A DNA stretch of 64,000 bases from Paraphysomonas bandaiensis (Eukaryota; Protista; Chrysophyceae), in contig CBFFRP010000182.1 of NCBI GenBank assembly GCA_965644295.1, forward strand, positions 1 through 64,000. The letters run 5' to 3'. Shown here one piece after another: positions 13,825-26,774 of this stretch. Position 1 is the first letter of the stretch. Each line of letters opens with the position of its first letter. Both the position numbers and the translations under genes were made by a program. The notes beneath the pieces are model-generated. The model did not search any database. It saw only the letters and a list, made by a program, of their open reading frames with translations, and had not been told where the DNA came from.

Positions 13825-15204
13825 TTAGAATATATGTTTTATTGCGTATAGTCTTGTAGTGAATACGAATGCCGATGCATGATTAAAATGTACAATAGAT
13901 CAATACCATGCCTTTTTATTTAGCTTGAGCTTTTATTGGTTTTGATTTCTTAATTTGAATATTTAAAGATCATCTCATGATGTGCCTTCAACTAGTTATA
14001 GCAATTCGTAGCCAGTTTACTAATCTTTCCACAGGATATTTGATATCTTGATCCATCGCTGACTGTAAGCGAAATAGCGGTGCAGATACTCTTATATCAA
14101 ATGGATAGTCATTGGCCTCGGTAATAAACACACAAGGGGACGAATAAAATATTTTGGTGAGAATATTCGAGGGTAAACGAGGTCGAAAAGCCCGAGAAGA
14201 AGAAGGGGCGATACTCCTTACCTCTAGGTTATCCTCAATATGTTGTTGAAAACCCAATATCTAGATATCGTATAGCTATTTTATGAAATAAGCGTTTTAT
14301 GATCAATGACGGTATATATTATACTGCATGCTTATTAGATGCTTATTAGGGAATAGCAATATTGCACTAGATTAACTAGTAGATTAACCCCTCAAATATC
14401 TATATATAATAGCTACAACAAATGTACTCCTATACCACAAAAGGACACTGAGGGAAGAGAAGCAGCGAGAAATTCGAAATTCGTACATAATAAATGTGAT
14501 GATGAAAGTGAAGATTGTAGTCGTACGGGGCTACTTTTACTGCCAAAATTAGCATCATCACATTTATATTCAACACGCATAACCTCTGCTAGTGCTCCTA
14601 ATTTGAATGATGTATGTATTGTGTAAGGCACGTAATTCAGGTAAGCACGACGTGACCCAAGACCAATATCACAATTAATTTAGAAGATAGTTTCTGTTTA
14701 ACCGAATATTGAAGTCGAATGTCTATATTGGCCCTGTGCTAACATGAGCATTCATTTGAGCCCAATTCAGGTCGAATAATCACTTTTTTAGAGTCAAATG
14801 GGGATAATATTATAAAGAGTGAAGACTACAGTTCGCCATAATCATTAGAGGAAGTCATAACTGCGGTCTATCGTATTTTTCTTCTTCTATTCTACTTTTA
14901 GGATCTTTTCAATATAGCACGAGAAAGTAAATTGTAGTTATCGTGTATTCTATCTTTTATGTGTAAATAGAAAGGACATTCTCAGCAAGAATTACGAAAT
15001 TGAAGCTGACGCTGCGAAATTATTCAAAGTAACGACAAACCTCGTCTCCTTTATATGTGCATCCTACAGAGATCATTTATTGAGTGTCCTCCAATTAAAA
15101 ACAATATCTGATGCATTATTCATTACATATTATGTCGAGCTATAAGATACAGGCAAAACAGACACAAGTCCAATTACACATCAGTCTCATATATAAATGT
15201 CTAG

Positions 15205-17717
15205 TTACTTTCTCCCACCGCCTGCCGAAGAAGATTTCTTTTTCCTCCACGATGAAGTCACTTGAACCCTTTCCTGCTGTTGAGATAAAAGTTGTTTGGC
15301 CATCCTATTATACTCAGCAGCCGCCTACAAGAGTAAAATGTATCAATATTAATACATCATATCATCCACTTCGCGCAATATATACCGTGTCCAGCTTTTC
15401 GCTTTTATCAGCAAGCGTAGTGAGTTTCTCGCCCCTCTCTTTCAGCGCCTCTCCGGTCGCTCCTAGTGTGTCCTTTACATCATCTATCTTGCTATGTTCC
15501 CCAGTACTCAAGCTATTCCCTGTTCCAGAATCCTCAAGTAACTCCCCGTGCTCCATTTCCTTTTCTCTCTCCATTTGCAAAAGGAGATCTTTCTTAGCTT
15601 TAGCCATAGCCAAATTACGAGCAGTAGCCTCGCTTGTCAATCGGTTGAAGCACCCATCGCAGACTCTGTCACCTGATCCCTTCGCACCTGATCCTCTTCT
15701 ATCCTGGGGTTGAAGTGGAAGTCGTTTAGTTGAGCATGGCGCACAACATAACGTTCCACATCCCCGGCAGTGATGCCGCCTATTGGAGTACGTGAACTTA
15801 TCCACGCAGAGCATGCAGTAGTCGGACGCGTTGTTATCAACCCAGTCCTACACAAACAAATAACTGTCATTATATCTGTACTACACTTCCACAATTGCAA
15901 TTGGTGCTCACCATCTGGCTAATCATGGGGTCTCGTGTTGCAATGAACTCCTCGAAATTATCCGGTTCTTTCGCAGAGTGCCATGCCAGTCGCGCTGCAT
16001 CGATCGCTTCCTGAGGAAAAATTTCACAATCAGCGGATTAAAAATTCTTTAAAGCGGGACCACCTTGAATGAATCTCTCAGGTCTGCAATGCTGTCCTCC
16101 GTGTAACGACCCCCTTTGCGAACAATCTCAAGCAGAACAGGTAGAGCTCGCAACACCCAAGTTCCATATTGCTGTACCCGTTCCTGCATAGCATCTGGCG
16201 AAGAGCCATCAGCTGCAGAGTTTCCCTCGCCCGTCTCTTTCCTCTTCTCCTACAATGTTCAAAAATAATCACATATATCACCAGCAACACTAAAGCAATA
16301 CCGAGGAGTGCGCATATAGCACCATGTTAAATGCCGACCTCCCCGAGGCATCTTTCCAGTTCGGATGGGCTCCATTATCCAGAAATGAGCGCACAGTCTC
16401 GACGTCTGGGTTCTCCACCGAGCATGCGAGCTGTAGTGGAGTTACCCCGGTTCTACCATGTTTAGTATTGACATGTGCGCCAGCCAATACCAGTAATCTA
16501 ACAGGACGAGACAAATTTCTTGCAGCACATTCATGTAACGGTGCAGATCCAGTTGAATCAAGCTGATCGAAGTTTACATTGTTGAAGTGAAGCATCTGTA
16601 ACGTATTGCCAAGCCCCTTGCTAACATGGCCATACAACGCCGCCATAAATAGTACGTCCCGGTCCTTCAAGTTCCTCAGGGTTACATCTGCCCCACGATC
16701 TAGCAACAGACGTATTGCACTGTCGTGGCCCCGAGAGGCGGCAATTAATAAAGGACTATTGAGGCCATTATTTAGGGCATCAACTTCACATCCCGCCTCA
16801 AGGAGGAGCTTAATAATTTTAAAGTGACCTCGAAGGGCGGCCCAGTGTAGTGGGTTCATGCCACTTGAATCAGCGGCATTTATAATGTCCAGTACAGTGT
16901 CAGGGTCTGACTGCGACAGAGCCTCCAAATGACCTCGAACCCCTTCAAGATTACCCAATAGGGCGTCAGACCACAGCGTACCAAGAATGGCTTCATGTTG
17001 CCACCCAGGTTCCATTGCTCGCGGAGTCCCTGCATGCCATGCGTATATAGCAAGCTCAATTTCTTCCAACCATATACGCTTGTCACTCTCAGATTCAGCA
17101 ATGATTGTGTACACTCGCTCTGGCATATGGACATCGAATGCGCAAGGGTTATCTGGTTCTTCTATAGATTTACTGTGTATTGCCATTCGATCAAGAGGCA
17201 AAACTTGGTGGATCGCATACTTCTCTGACATCTTCAATATACTAAGTTTTTTAGTCGTGGTATTCTGACATGACGTTATAATCAATATATCGTTGAATAG
17301 AAACATGTGTCTAGAGTTAGTGTGGTTCACGATACAGTTCAGACCTGAGGAAAAAGTTAAAAATATTCTAATATTGAAAAAATAATTACTTTTTTTCAGC
17401 ACTCTCCCATCAAATAAAATTACTCTAACGGTATCCATTAAGTCAAACTCCAGAATATCTTCTTGATCTTCATCGATCTGCGGATTTTTGTTTTTCGGTG
17501 GCCTGGTATACAGCTTTGAAGCTAGCTTCTCAATAGTCTTTCTCTGAGATTCCGTTGGGTCAGGGTTTCGACCTTAAAGGGAACATGAGTACAGTGTTAT
17601 CGATATTTGATATCTATCACCTCTATCACGGCCAAAATCTCTACCAGTGAGGCAGTCATCTACTCCGAGACAGTCGTAGTAGTCATCTATCCTATTGCTC
17701 TCTTCAGGATCAAACAT
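15205..17717 (-). CDS. PH + ankyrin-repeat + FYVE protein ending in a soluble R-SNARE (synaptobrevin-like) motif
   Basis: PH (RHMFLFNDILII...KRIWLEEIE); ankyrin repeats (GMNPLHWAA, NSPLLIAA, GSAPLHECA, GVTPLQLAC); FYVE (CMLC...RRHHCRGCG..CC..CS...RVCDGC); R-SNARE-like ALKERGEKLTTLADKSEKL. The last exon splices to AAAEYNRMAKQLL...GGRK*. Confidence 0.85.
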
Positions 17718-19012
17718 ACTAGATCTTATTTCTGCTAAATGACGAAAGCGTGTATTTCAGGCAATAGAGAGGTGAAATTAGTCAGAGGTACAATGCCGGG
17801 GAAGGTTGTTGTTACAGCAGAGCGATAGAAACAAACACTACATAATTCATAGTACTCTTAAGGACCGTGTTTCACATGATTTTATGTAATCAGTCACATC
17901 TATGGGCACCATAATAACTATAACCCACTTTGACGTAAGGTGTGAGTCGATTATCTGCAGCGTTAATGAAGTCTCCCATTCGCTTATTCACTGCAAAGCT
18001 TTGCGAATATACAGTCATGTATACAGTCATGTATACTTCATACCACAGTCCACACAAGGAGGAAGAGGGTATACCGGTATACTGCTGCTGTAGGGGTAGG
18101 AGGCCAGAAAGTATGCAGATAAGCTGGTAGTTTGTATATCCTTACACACATGGTCCAACACGCATACTGCTGGTCAAGTAGTAGACGGATACATCACTAC
18201 GATGTTTCATCAAGATCTTCAACACAGCACTGAGTAGAACACAAGAGCATGGCATGTAATCCACACGAGCCACAATGCATACCTCTACTTTGGTATGGCT
18301 TTGAGAGGATTTTCAATAGTAAAACAAACAATCTCATTCAATAGTAAAACAAACAATCTCTCAGATTACGGTCTAGATGATGTGAATCATGCAGTATTGG
18401 AGCATATATTCAAAAGAAACAAGAGTCAACTATGCCCAGTTGTATAGCGATGTCAATCGTGCTTGTTCTAAATTGAAGGCGTACATTTGTATAAAGAATG
18501 TATTGATTGAAGTAGTCAGTGCATACATTTTGTCTAGACTCCCGGTGTATATATTGTATGCTGTGTAAAGCAGGCCCTGGTTAGACCCACATGCTACTTG
18601 CGTGATCACAAGTAACTCCACCTCCTATTTTGGGGAGGGCGTGGGATAAGCCACTGCGTTAAGAGATGTACACGACACATACGTGGGCCATGTGTGGTTG
18701 CATGAAGTTCCGCTTAGTCTTTGCAAAAGGAGAGAGTAGCTTCATAGTCTCGTTTTGTGATGACGCTAGATAATGTAAAAGATATTGCGTAATAACAGTG
18801 CATTTTTTGCATTATGATTTTTTAATATTCATTCTATTTTCACGCAAAATACGCACCAATCCGGTGCTGCAGACACCCAACAGCTGACTAATATTGTGTT
18901 TCACGATTAGAAAATTATATTTAATTTGTGCTTACATACATATATAGTCTCAAGCACTACTCTCTCAAACGCGTATTCGGCAGGAAGTGACCCAAGTGCA
19001 TATGTAAGTGGC

Positions 19013-21156
19013 TGTTGAGTTTTGCTGTTTGAGCAATTAAAAGCTGTAATTCTAAGATATTGGAATTATGACGGTTACTGGAGAATACAGTAGTGATGAG
19101 CTGTATTATGAGAAGTGATATCATGACGATGTAAGATCGTACTAGAAATGAGTGGTAGTAGAGATAACGTGATATATTGCTTATTATATTTATTATAATC
19201 TTCTCTTATCTTAACTTGATTAACGAGTGAATACACGTCCAGTTATCTTACTAATCATCCAATTGTGTCATATCTTGACATGGTAGCGGATGGTAGTTGG
19301 AAGCAACTGCTGAAGTGTGACCATTGGAATGTACTGGACAGAGAAGCAGGAGTGATACTGCTGTGTACAGTAGAAACATACAGTATATAGGATATAAAAC
19401 CAGTATTATTTATGAAAATCGGGGTTTTCATACGAACATGACAGAAAAAGTAGACTGGAAATGATGACTGCTATTGTTATGTACTGTAGCTATGTTGAAG
19501 TGGTTGATGAATGTATGAACCCTCTGAAGAGACCTGCATAATTATCAGAATGATGTCTACCCATGTGCAGAGTGTGAGCACGGTGATTCTGTAATGTGTC
19601 TGGTTGTGTCGATGAGGGTGCGAGTGATGAGGAGACGTGTCCATTGTGTTATATATGATGAGAGTAGTTCCTCATGAGATAGATGGAGTGCTATCGATGA
19701 TGAGCTTGTCAAGAGTGACCCACTGGTTCGAGCTGTTGCAGAGTTCGGCCATCGTATAGTCGATATAGACGTGTATAACCGCCGGCTGTACTAAAAACCT
19801 CGTTCTTGTGACGACAAGAGAGGTGGGTCTTCATCTACGCCGGCTTCGTGGGGAGCGCACAATAAGTCTATACGGCGGATGAGATTCCAGGGAAGAGAAT
19901 GTCCCTTCGTACTTTGCCAGAGAGTAGTGCGGGTGCTGTATCTAGTGAGACGGCTGTACTATAAAAACCTCGTTTTTGTGATGAAAAAAAGGGGTGGATC
20001 TTCATCTACACGCCGGCTTCGGGTGGTGCGCCCAATAAGTCTAAACGGCGGATGAGATTCCAGGGAAGAGAATGTCCCTTCGTACTTTGCCTAGTGATAC
20101 TGTGTATACTAAGTCTAGTGAGATCAGCGTGAATCGTGTCTGTGAGACTGTACCTGCTGAGTCTAGGGAGACTTGTGTGGTAAGCGTACGGGTGTTGACT
20201 AGTGTGTCCACCCTGGGTGAGGTAAACCTTTATGATGAGGAGATTGTCAATCTGCGTGATGACAGTGACTGTTCTAATAACTAACATAATATGTCTAATT
20301 ATAGAGAGACCAAGGCATAATATATGAGAAGTTTGTTAATTGCCTTGATTTGCTTCAGTGTGTAAGTAGCAGGCTGTGTCTGCTGGCATGCAGGAACTGG
20401 TGTGGCTTCGGGGGGTGTTGATCGAACTGGGACTTCGATTGTACGAATCCACTCCATTCTTCCTGACAGCCAGAGCGCACGTGACTTAGCGTTGAAGTTG
20501 AATGATGTGGTGTGATTGATCTCAGTGACGAGGATAAGAAATCATACGTGCTGTTATCAGAGACAGAAGATCTTTCAGATGTGTTGTCTATGGTGAGACT
20601 TGCTGAAACGTCGGAGTCATACGTTCACCGGTTTGTCCTATGAGGTTTTTGGTGGTTGCGTATCCGTCAGTTATGTCTCGTGATATGAAAAATCAATGTA
20701 CAGCTTTGAATTGAGAGGGAGTGTTGAGTTTTGCCGTTGGAGCAATTAAAAGCTGTAATTCTACCCATCAGTTATGTCTTGCGATGTGAAGATTCAATGT
20801 ACAGCTCATGAGGTCTTGGTGGTTGCGTATCCGTCAGTTATGTCTCGTGGTTTGAAAAATCAATGTACAGCTTTGAATTGAGAGGGAGTGTTGAGTTTTG
20901 CTGTTTGAGCAATTAAAAGCTGTAATTCTAAGATATTGGAATTATGACGGTTACTGGAGAATACAGTAGTGATGAGCTGTATTATGAGAAGTGATATCAT
21001 GACGATGTAAGATCGTACTAGAAATGAGTGGTAGTAGAGATAACGTGATATATTGCTTATTATATTTATTATAATCTTCTCTTATCTTAACTTGATTAAC
21101 GAGTGAATACACGTCCAGTTATCTTACTAATCATCCAATTGTGTCATAACTTGACA
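19013..21156 (+). mobile_element. Non-autonomous LTR retrotransposon (TRIM/LARD-like, Copia-type signals)
   Basis: TG...CA LTRs at 19013-19280 and 20889-21156 (268 bp each, one mismatch seen). TSD GTGGC at 19008-19012 and 21157-21161. PBS TGGTAGCGGA directly after the 5' LTR; PPT GAGAGGGAG before the 3' LTR. No gag/pol ORF. Confidence 0.93.
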
Positions 21157-22109
21157 GTGGCGACTATAATCCGTATCTTCTTCCTATACAATTATCGATA
21201 CCCGTAATCACTAACTCTGAGTCAAGTTTAGTTAAAATGCTTAGGTGGCCGTTTAGAAATAACAGCTACTTTGTATAAGCTGGTTTCTTTTGACATCGTT
21301 ACCGTTTTGATGTACATACACTTTGCTACTCTGTATTCGGCTCTTTTGTGTCACTGCTGTGTTGGCACAAAAATATTACACTCTGACCCCTTTACGAAAA
21401 AGAAATGTGTTGTCATGCTTCTTCAACATGTCTTAAAAGGTCGCCTTTTACGAATTTGTTGAGTTGAGGGTGTTCAGGTATATCTGTGACAACACTATCT
21501 TGAATTGAGCAGAAACATTTGAAATTGTTTTTCTCGGCGGTATCTTTATCCTAGCACAGTTAGTGATATTGTATATGTTCATCAAAATATTGTTGAATAT
21601 TCTTTGAATTAGCTAGATGTTGATAACTATTCTTCTTTTCGCTACACTCACAACCCACCTTGAATATTTTCAACTAGCATTTGCTGAAAATGCTCGCCGT
21701 ATGGTTGGAGCTTTGAATTGGAATTACTATCGGGTGACTGTGATAACCAAAACACAGAACCATCTTTAAGTCTGAGATGAAATGCTATTGAAGAATGTGA
21801 ATTATAGACTGCAAAGTATACTTAGTAACACAATAAGTTTGTTTCCGAGTACGAGAGAGTTTTTTGTTGCACACAATTCAAGAAGTCATTACAATTATTA
21901 ATCGAAATACTTTACAACATATTTATCTAACATCTGATAAATATATGTTTTAATTTTGCCATCTGTTATTATATGTTCACCCACCACTCTTATATATCTT
22001 ATATATAATCATATTTAAGTAACTATAATAATACAACTATGAGTTAGTTTCATCAATTGCACTCAATTATTCAGAAAAAACTCAAGAAAAAATACTTTGT
22101 TGTGAGAAC

Positions 22110-22237
22110 CAGACTTGCATAACAATTAATTGGTGAGAGGTGTCTAACAATAATTATCACTAAATGCTACCAAGCATCCAATTATTAGCATTGCTACTAA
22201 TTGCCAAGTAATTGAAAACCATAATTACGCAAGCCTG
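22110..22237. mobile_element. hAT-like MITE (128 bp)
   Basis: TIRs CAGACTTGCATAA / TTACGCAAGCCTG (11/13 match). Degenerate 8-bp TSD GTGAGAAC / GTAAAAAC. Confidence 0.55.
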
Positions 22238-22488
22238 GTAAAAACTTATTGCTAGTATTTTACATGTATTGAGTGTAATTGTTAAATTAATGAATAAGTA
22301 TACTGTATCTTTATTACTACGGCCCGTATTGACAGAAACGATATTCCAATCAACACTTTTTACTCAAGCACCACAGCACCACGGCCTGGACACCTAACCT
22401 CCATAATCTGAAATCTACACTTTCATATTAACTGCACCAGTTCAGAGCGTACATATAACCATCCCTAACTATTACAAACACCTTTCGA

Positions 22489-24401
22489 TCAAACATCTGC
22501 TAAATCGGCTTCATTGTGATTATCCTGAAGTACAATACTATTTGTTTTTGTATGGGGGGTATCAGACTTTTCAGGGTCATCAACTCGCCTATAAGATGAA
22601 GGAAGGTGCCCATTTGCGGCGTCTTCATCATACGCTGAGCTATCCCTAGCATCCGCATCCGCGGGTTCATCGAACTCGAATGATTCATCAGCAGGATCTA
22701 TACTGGAGATGTACTGTTTATCCATATACTTAGGGAGAAGCAGGAGTCGAAGGGGAATGAGTACCCCAATTAGAACAGGAAAAACCACAGCACCAGGGGT
22801 GAGAGTTACTCCAAATATAATGGCACACGCTAAGGCCTGTATCATAGTAAACTTCGTGATAAAGTCAAATGGGACCTCGGAGTAAAATCGATGTACGCAA
22901 TCACGAAGACGTGGCTCTGTAAAGTACAGGGCTATTCGTTCGGCCAATTGATTGTCTGCAAAAGATGCTGCACCCATGAACAAAAACAACCCTACAAGTC
23001 AAAAGATATGAGAATAAATGAATACAGAAACTGTGTACATGATGGGAGTACAGTACAGAGCTGTTACTCGTCATGAAAATTAAAACCAATTTCACCATAA
23101 CAATGCATATTACATGACTCGCACATGAATACGAGCACTGTAACATATACTACTATTTAATGCATTCAATCGTGGTGCAATGGTATACCATCTAATGCTG
23201 CAGTAGGTACAAGTCGGATAATATCAAGGAAGGGATTAAAGCACATGATGCCGATGAGTATAGCCTGCCCCATATTCGACACTCTCTGTTCATGCACCTT
23301 CACGACAACATCTACCCTGCGGGTCTCGCCAGTTGCAGATGTCACCTCCTGGGAGCGGGTTACAGTCAGACTACGTGTGTGTAGTGGTGCCTGCGGAATG
23401 AGCCCGTTGGTCGGTGGAATACCCAATATGCCTGTGACAAAAATGCACACACCAACGACAAAAAAGTCCCAGTGAAATGCAGAGGGCTTCCGGAGCTTGA
23501 ATTCCGGTGCTTGTGCCATAAGACTAGATACATTATGGTCAAAGAAAAAAAGAACCGTGATGATAAATCCTGGCAGGATAGCTGCAAACGCAGCCCAGAC
23601 AGGAATATCCGTAAGGTCAATCAGCCAAGCACGTCCACTCGTCGTGTCGAACCGATCTGGCACATCAAGCTTTTCAATATCAACATCTCTGGCGCTGGGG
23701 CTCATATAAGGCACAGCTGACCAAAGAACTAACGAGAAAGTAGGACCGTAGTCAGATACTAAGTCTCGTAAGTTTTCATTCAACACTACCCATTTGCGTG
23801 CTCCTGCCAACTGGAGACCCAACCAAGCGGTACCAAGTGAAATAAGGAGCTGAAATATCCCTCCCTCAAATCCGCTATCTTCAAAACCCTCTTTAATTCC
23901 CACAATACCCGTGTACAAATATATTACTGCAATAAGGACGCCAAATATTTCCACACTAAATCTTGTGATGAGAGTGATGAGGTCATTGAAGTTAAATATC
24001 GCAAGAAGGATGTGCATCAACGACGCCCAAATCTGAGACCACGCATAGAATGGTAGAAACTTAATTCCCCAACTATCAGAAATGGTATATATACTTATCG
24101 TGAGGATTGACACAGGTCCAGTCACACCTAGAATCACTAAGGGCTGCCCAGCGAGGAAAGACCACATGACTCCAGTTATCGCAGTGGACATGAACACCTC
24201 GACTGCACCAATATCGTCATCTGTCTTATACTGAAGGAGACTAGCGAATGTTGCAGCGGGTCCGATAGAAGTAAAAAACATAAATAACACACTGGCTAAC
24301 ACCTTCAGATTCCAAAAGTCTGTAAAATCATCAGCATAGAGGCCACTTCGCACCCTCAAATCCTCCAGCATGCCCGCAAAAGGAGAGCGGAGCTTCACCA
24401 T
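22489..24401 (-). CDS. SLC4/BOR-family (borate/bicarbonate) transporter, one intron
   Basis: GQPLVILGVTGP, TRFSVEIFG, FFFDHNVSS, AFHWDFF, NGLIPQAPLHTRSL, EQRVSN and FLFMG motifs. Intron ~22992-23187. Confidence 0.93.
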
Positions 24402-24861
24402 AATGTTATTCTTTCAATTGATCAAAGGGGTAGGATGAGAATGTGTATATGTGATAAAGAATACCTCAAGCCACTGCAGACCACAAACAATGCGGCGTTA
24501 ATATAATGTACTGTATATACACCTCTTGTATAGCTACGTATACGACAAAAACACACCCTATCAACCAGAGTCGAGTCAGAATCAGTCTGGCAACACATTA
24601 CACTGCTGTATGTATCGTGGTATACGGTATACGGTTTTCCATGTACTCCACTCTGCTGTCAGTCATTAAAATCGAGGAATATCATTAAAAATCCGGGGTT
24701 TTAGCTGTATTCTGTTTTTTGAGAAAAAAAGGGTGGTTTTTTTAGTTATAGATGTATTTCCACAGGCAGATATGCGATTAATATATCATGCATGCATGGT
24801 GTACGACAGTCAAATATTGCCAAGTAGCATTCTCTGTGTGATAATTTAGAAACAAGTTTCG
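24402..24861. promoter_or_regulatory. Putative bidirectional promoter between the BOR transporter and SepSecS
   Basis: 460 bp between two divergent start codons, with a GTATAC/GTAC-rich core and an AAAAATCCGGGGTTTT arm. Confidence 0.5.
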
Positions 24862-26457
24862 ATGGATCACTTCCAGGAACTTCTGACCCCATTAGTAAAG
24901 GAGTCATACATTGCACAGGGCCTCGATGCAATTAAATCCAGACAAAATCTATTGGAGAGGCTGCTCAGAGAGAAGCGCCTTCCTCAAACAGGATGGGACG
25001 ATAGTACTATTGAATATGTCCTTCAGCAATTAGCAATGATGGATAGTAATAATTTTACTGGTAATGTTGGGCTTGGAGAGCGTGAAGGTCGTGTGTATTC
25101 GTCGTTAGTAGCTAGAAGGCATTTCTCTTTGGCCCATGGTATAGGCCGATCAGGTAATATCGCAGAAGTGCAACCTAAGGCTGCAGGATCATCTTTGATA
25201 TACAAGTTGACCAATTTACTTGTGAATCATGCCTTATGTGTATCTGGATGTGTCGGAATAGAGAGGTCATTGGTAGTGCCCATGGCAACGGGGATGACAA
25301 TCGCCTTAAGTTTATTGACTTTGAAAAAGAAAAATCCAGATGCAAAGTACGTTATATGGCCTCGTATTGACCAGAAATCTTGTATCAAGGCAATGTTGAC
25401 AGTGGGTTTGACTCCTCTGATAGTAGAAAACATTCTTGAGGGAGATGAAATCAGTACGAATATGGGTGCAATTGAGCAATTAATGCAGGAGTATGGCACC
25501 GAAATTCTTTGTGTTCTGACAACTACCAGCTGCTTCGCACCACGTCGTCCGGATCGAATTGACCGCATTGCAAAGCTCTGCGAGCAGCACTCTATACCAC
25601 ATGTTATTAACAATGCTTACGGACTGCAATGTCCTCTTATTTCCAAACTTCTGTCACGAGCCATAACTGTTGGACGTGTTGACTTTGTTATCCAGAGCAC
25701 GGATAAAAACTTTATGGTACCAGTGGGTGGCGCAGTATTATCCAGTCCTCAGGCAGAGTTAATTGATGAAGCGTCAAAGCTTTATCCCGGTCGTGCATCA
25801 TCATCTCCTATACTGGACCTGTTTATTACTCTCCTTTCGATGGGAGAAAACGGCCTCAGAGAGTTGCATGAAGAACGACTACGCTGTCTGCCTATCCTCA
25901 TTGACGGCCTTAGCCGCGTTGCGTCTCAGTATGGCGAGCGGGTTTTGGTTTCTCCCTGCAATAGCATATCCATTGGTGTAACACTTTCGCAATCCTTATG
26001 TCGACAGGAAGTGGGGTCCCCCGATTCCGTCCCAATGAGCGACAGTCGATCAACTGTAGACATATCATATATCGGCTCAATGCTATTTAAGCGATCTGTT
26101 TCTGGTTCCCGGGTGGTAGCTGCTGGAGGGGAGTCTACTATAGGAGGTCACGTTTTTCGCGGCTGGGGGGCTCATATTGCTTCATACCACTCCAGTTACC
26201 TAACGGTGGCATGTGCCGTTGGTCTAAGGGAGCCAGAGATACATACATTTCTAAACAAAATGAATAAGGTGTTCTCATCTGTCAGAAAATCGTGTATACC
26301 ACGCACACCTGCTAACCAGGATTCTGATATCTCTGAAGTAGATAGACAGGACATTGGCAGCTCTAGTGTCTCTAATGAACCGGAAGCCGGTGGTGGGGCT
26401 GCATTATCATTGCAATGGATCGATGCTTATAAAAAGAAAGCAAGAGATATCTCTTAG
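24862..26457 (+). CDS. SEPSECS: O-phosphoseryl-tRNA(Sec) selenium transferase
   Basis: MDSNNF, GEREGRV, HGIGRSG, QPKAAGSS, WPRIDQKSC, NNAYGLQ, QSTDKNFMVPVGG, YPGRAS. Intronless 531-aa ORF. Confidence 0.97.
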   Translation: MDHFQELLTPLVKESYIAQGLDAIKSRQNLLERLLREKRLPQTGWDDSTIEYVLQQLAMMDSNNFTGNVGLGEREGRVYSSLVARRHFSLAHGIGRSGNIAEVQPKAAGSSLIYKLTNLLVNHALCVSGCVGIERSLVVPMATGMTIALSLLTLKKKNPDAKYVIWPRIDQKSCIKAMLTVGLTPLIVENILEGDEISTNMGAIEQLMQEYGTEILCVLTTTSCFAPRRPDRIDRIAKLCEQHSIPHVINNAYGLQCPLISKLLSRAITVGRVDFVIQSTDKNFMVPVGGAVLSSPQAELIDEASKLYPGRASSSPILDLFITLLSMGENGLRELHEERLRCLPILIDGLSRVASQYGERVLVSPCNSISIGVTLSQSLCRQEVGSPDSVPMSDSRSTVDISYIGSMLFKRSVSGSRVVAAGGESTIGGHVFRGWGAHIASYHSSYLTVACAVGLREPEIHTFLNKMNKVFSSVRKSCIPRTPANQDSDISEVDRQDIGSSSVSNEPEAGGGAALSLQWIDAYKKKARDIS

Positions 26458-26774
26458 TCTAGTCACTACGTAGTTACACTTCAATATTTTTACATATTAA
26501 GTGAGTGGGTGCTAATAACTAATTCGAAGTGCGTGGTAATATCTTGAAACTATCATGCGAAGTAGGCAGTGCACAACGATTATTTCTTTATTTCATAGTG
26601 TAGGGTCCTCTTGGATTTCATCGGCAAACAATACAACTAGTCTACATTCTACATCACAGAAGCAATGCCAAAAAAATTGTGTATACTTCGGAATTATCAA
26701 GGCGCATTTTTCAACAATATACATTATTAATATGATAACAGTCGCTTTATAGAAAGCAGATAGCATTCAATGTC

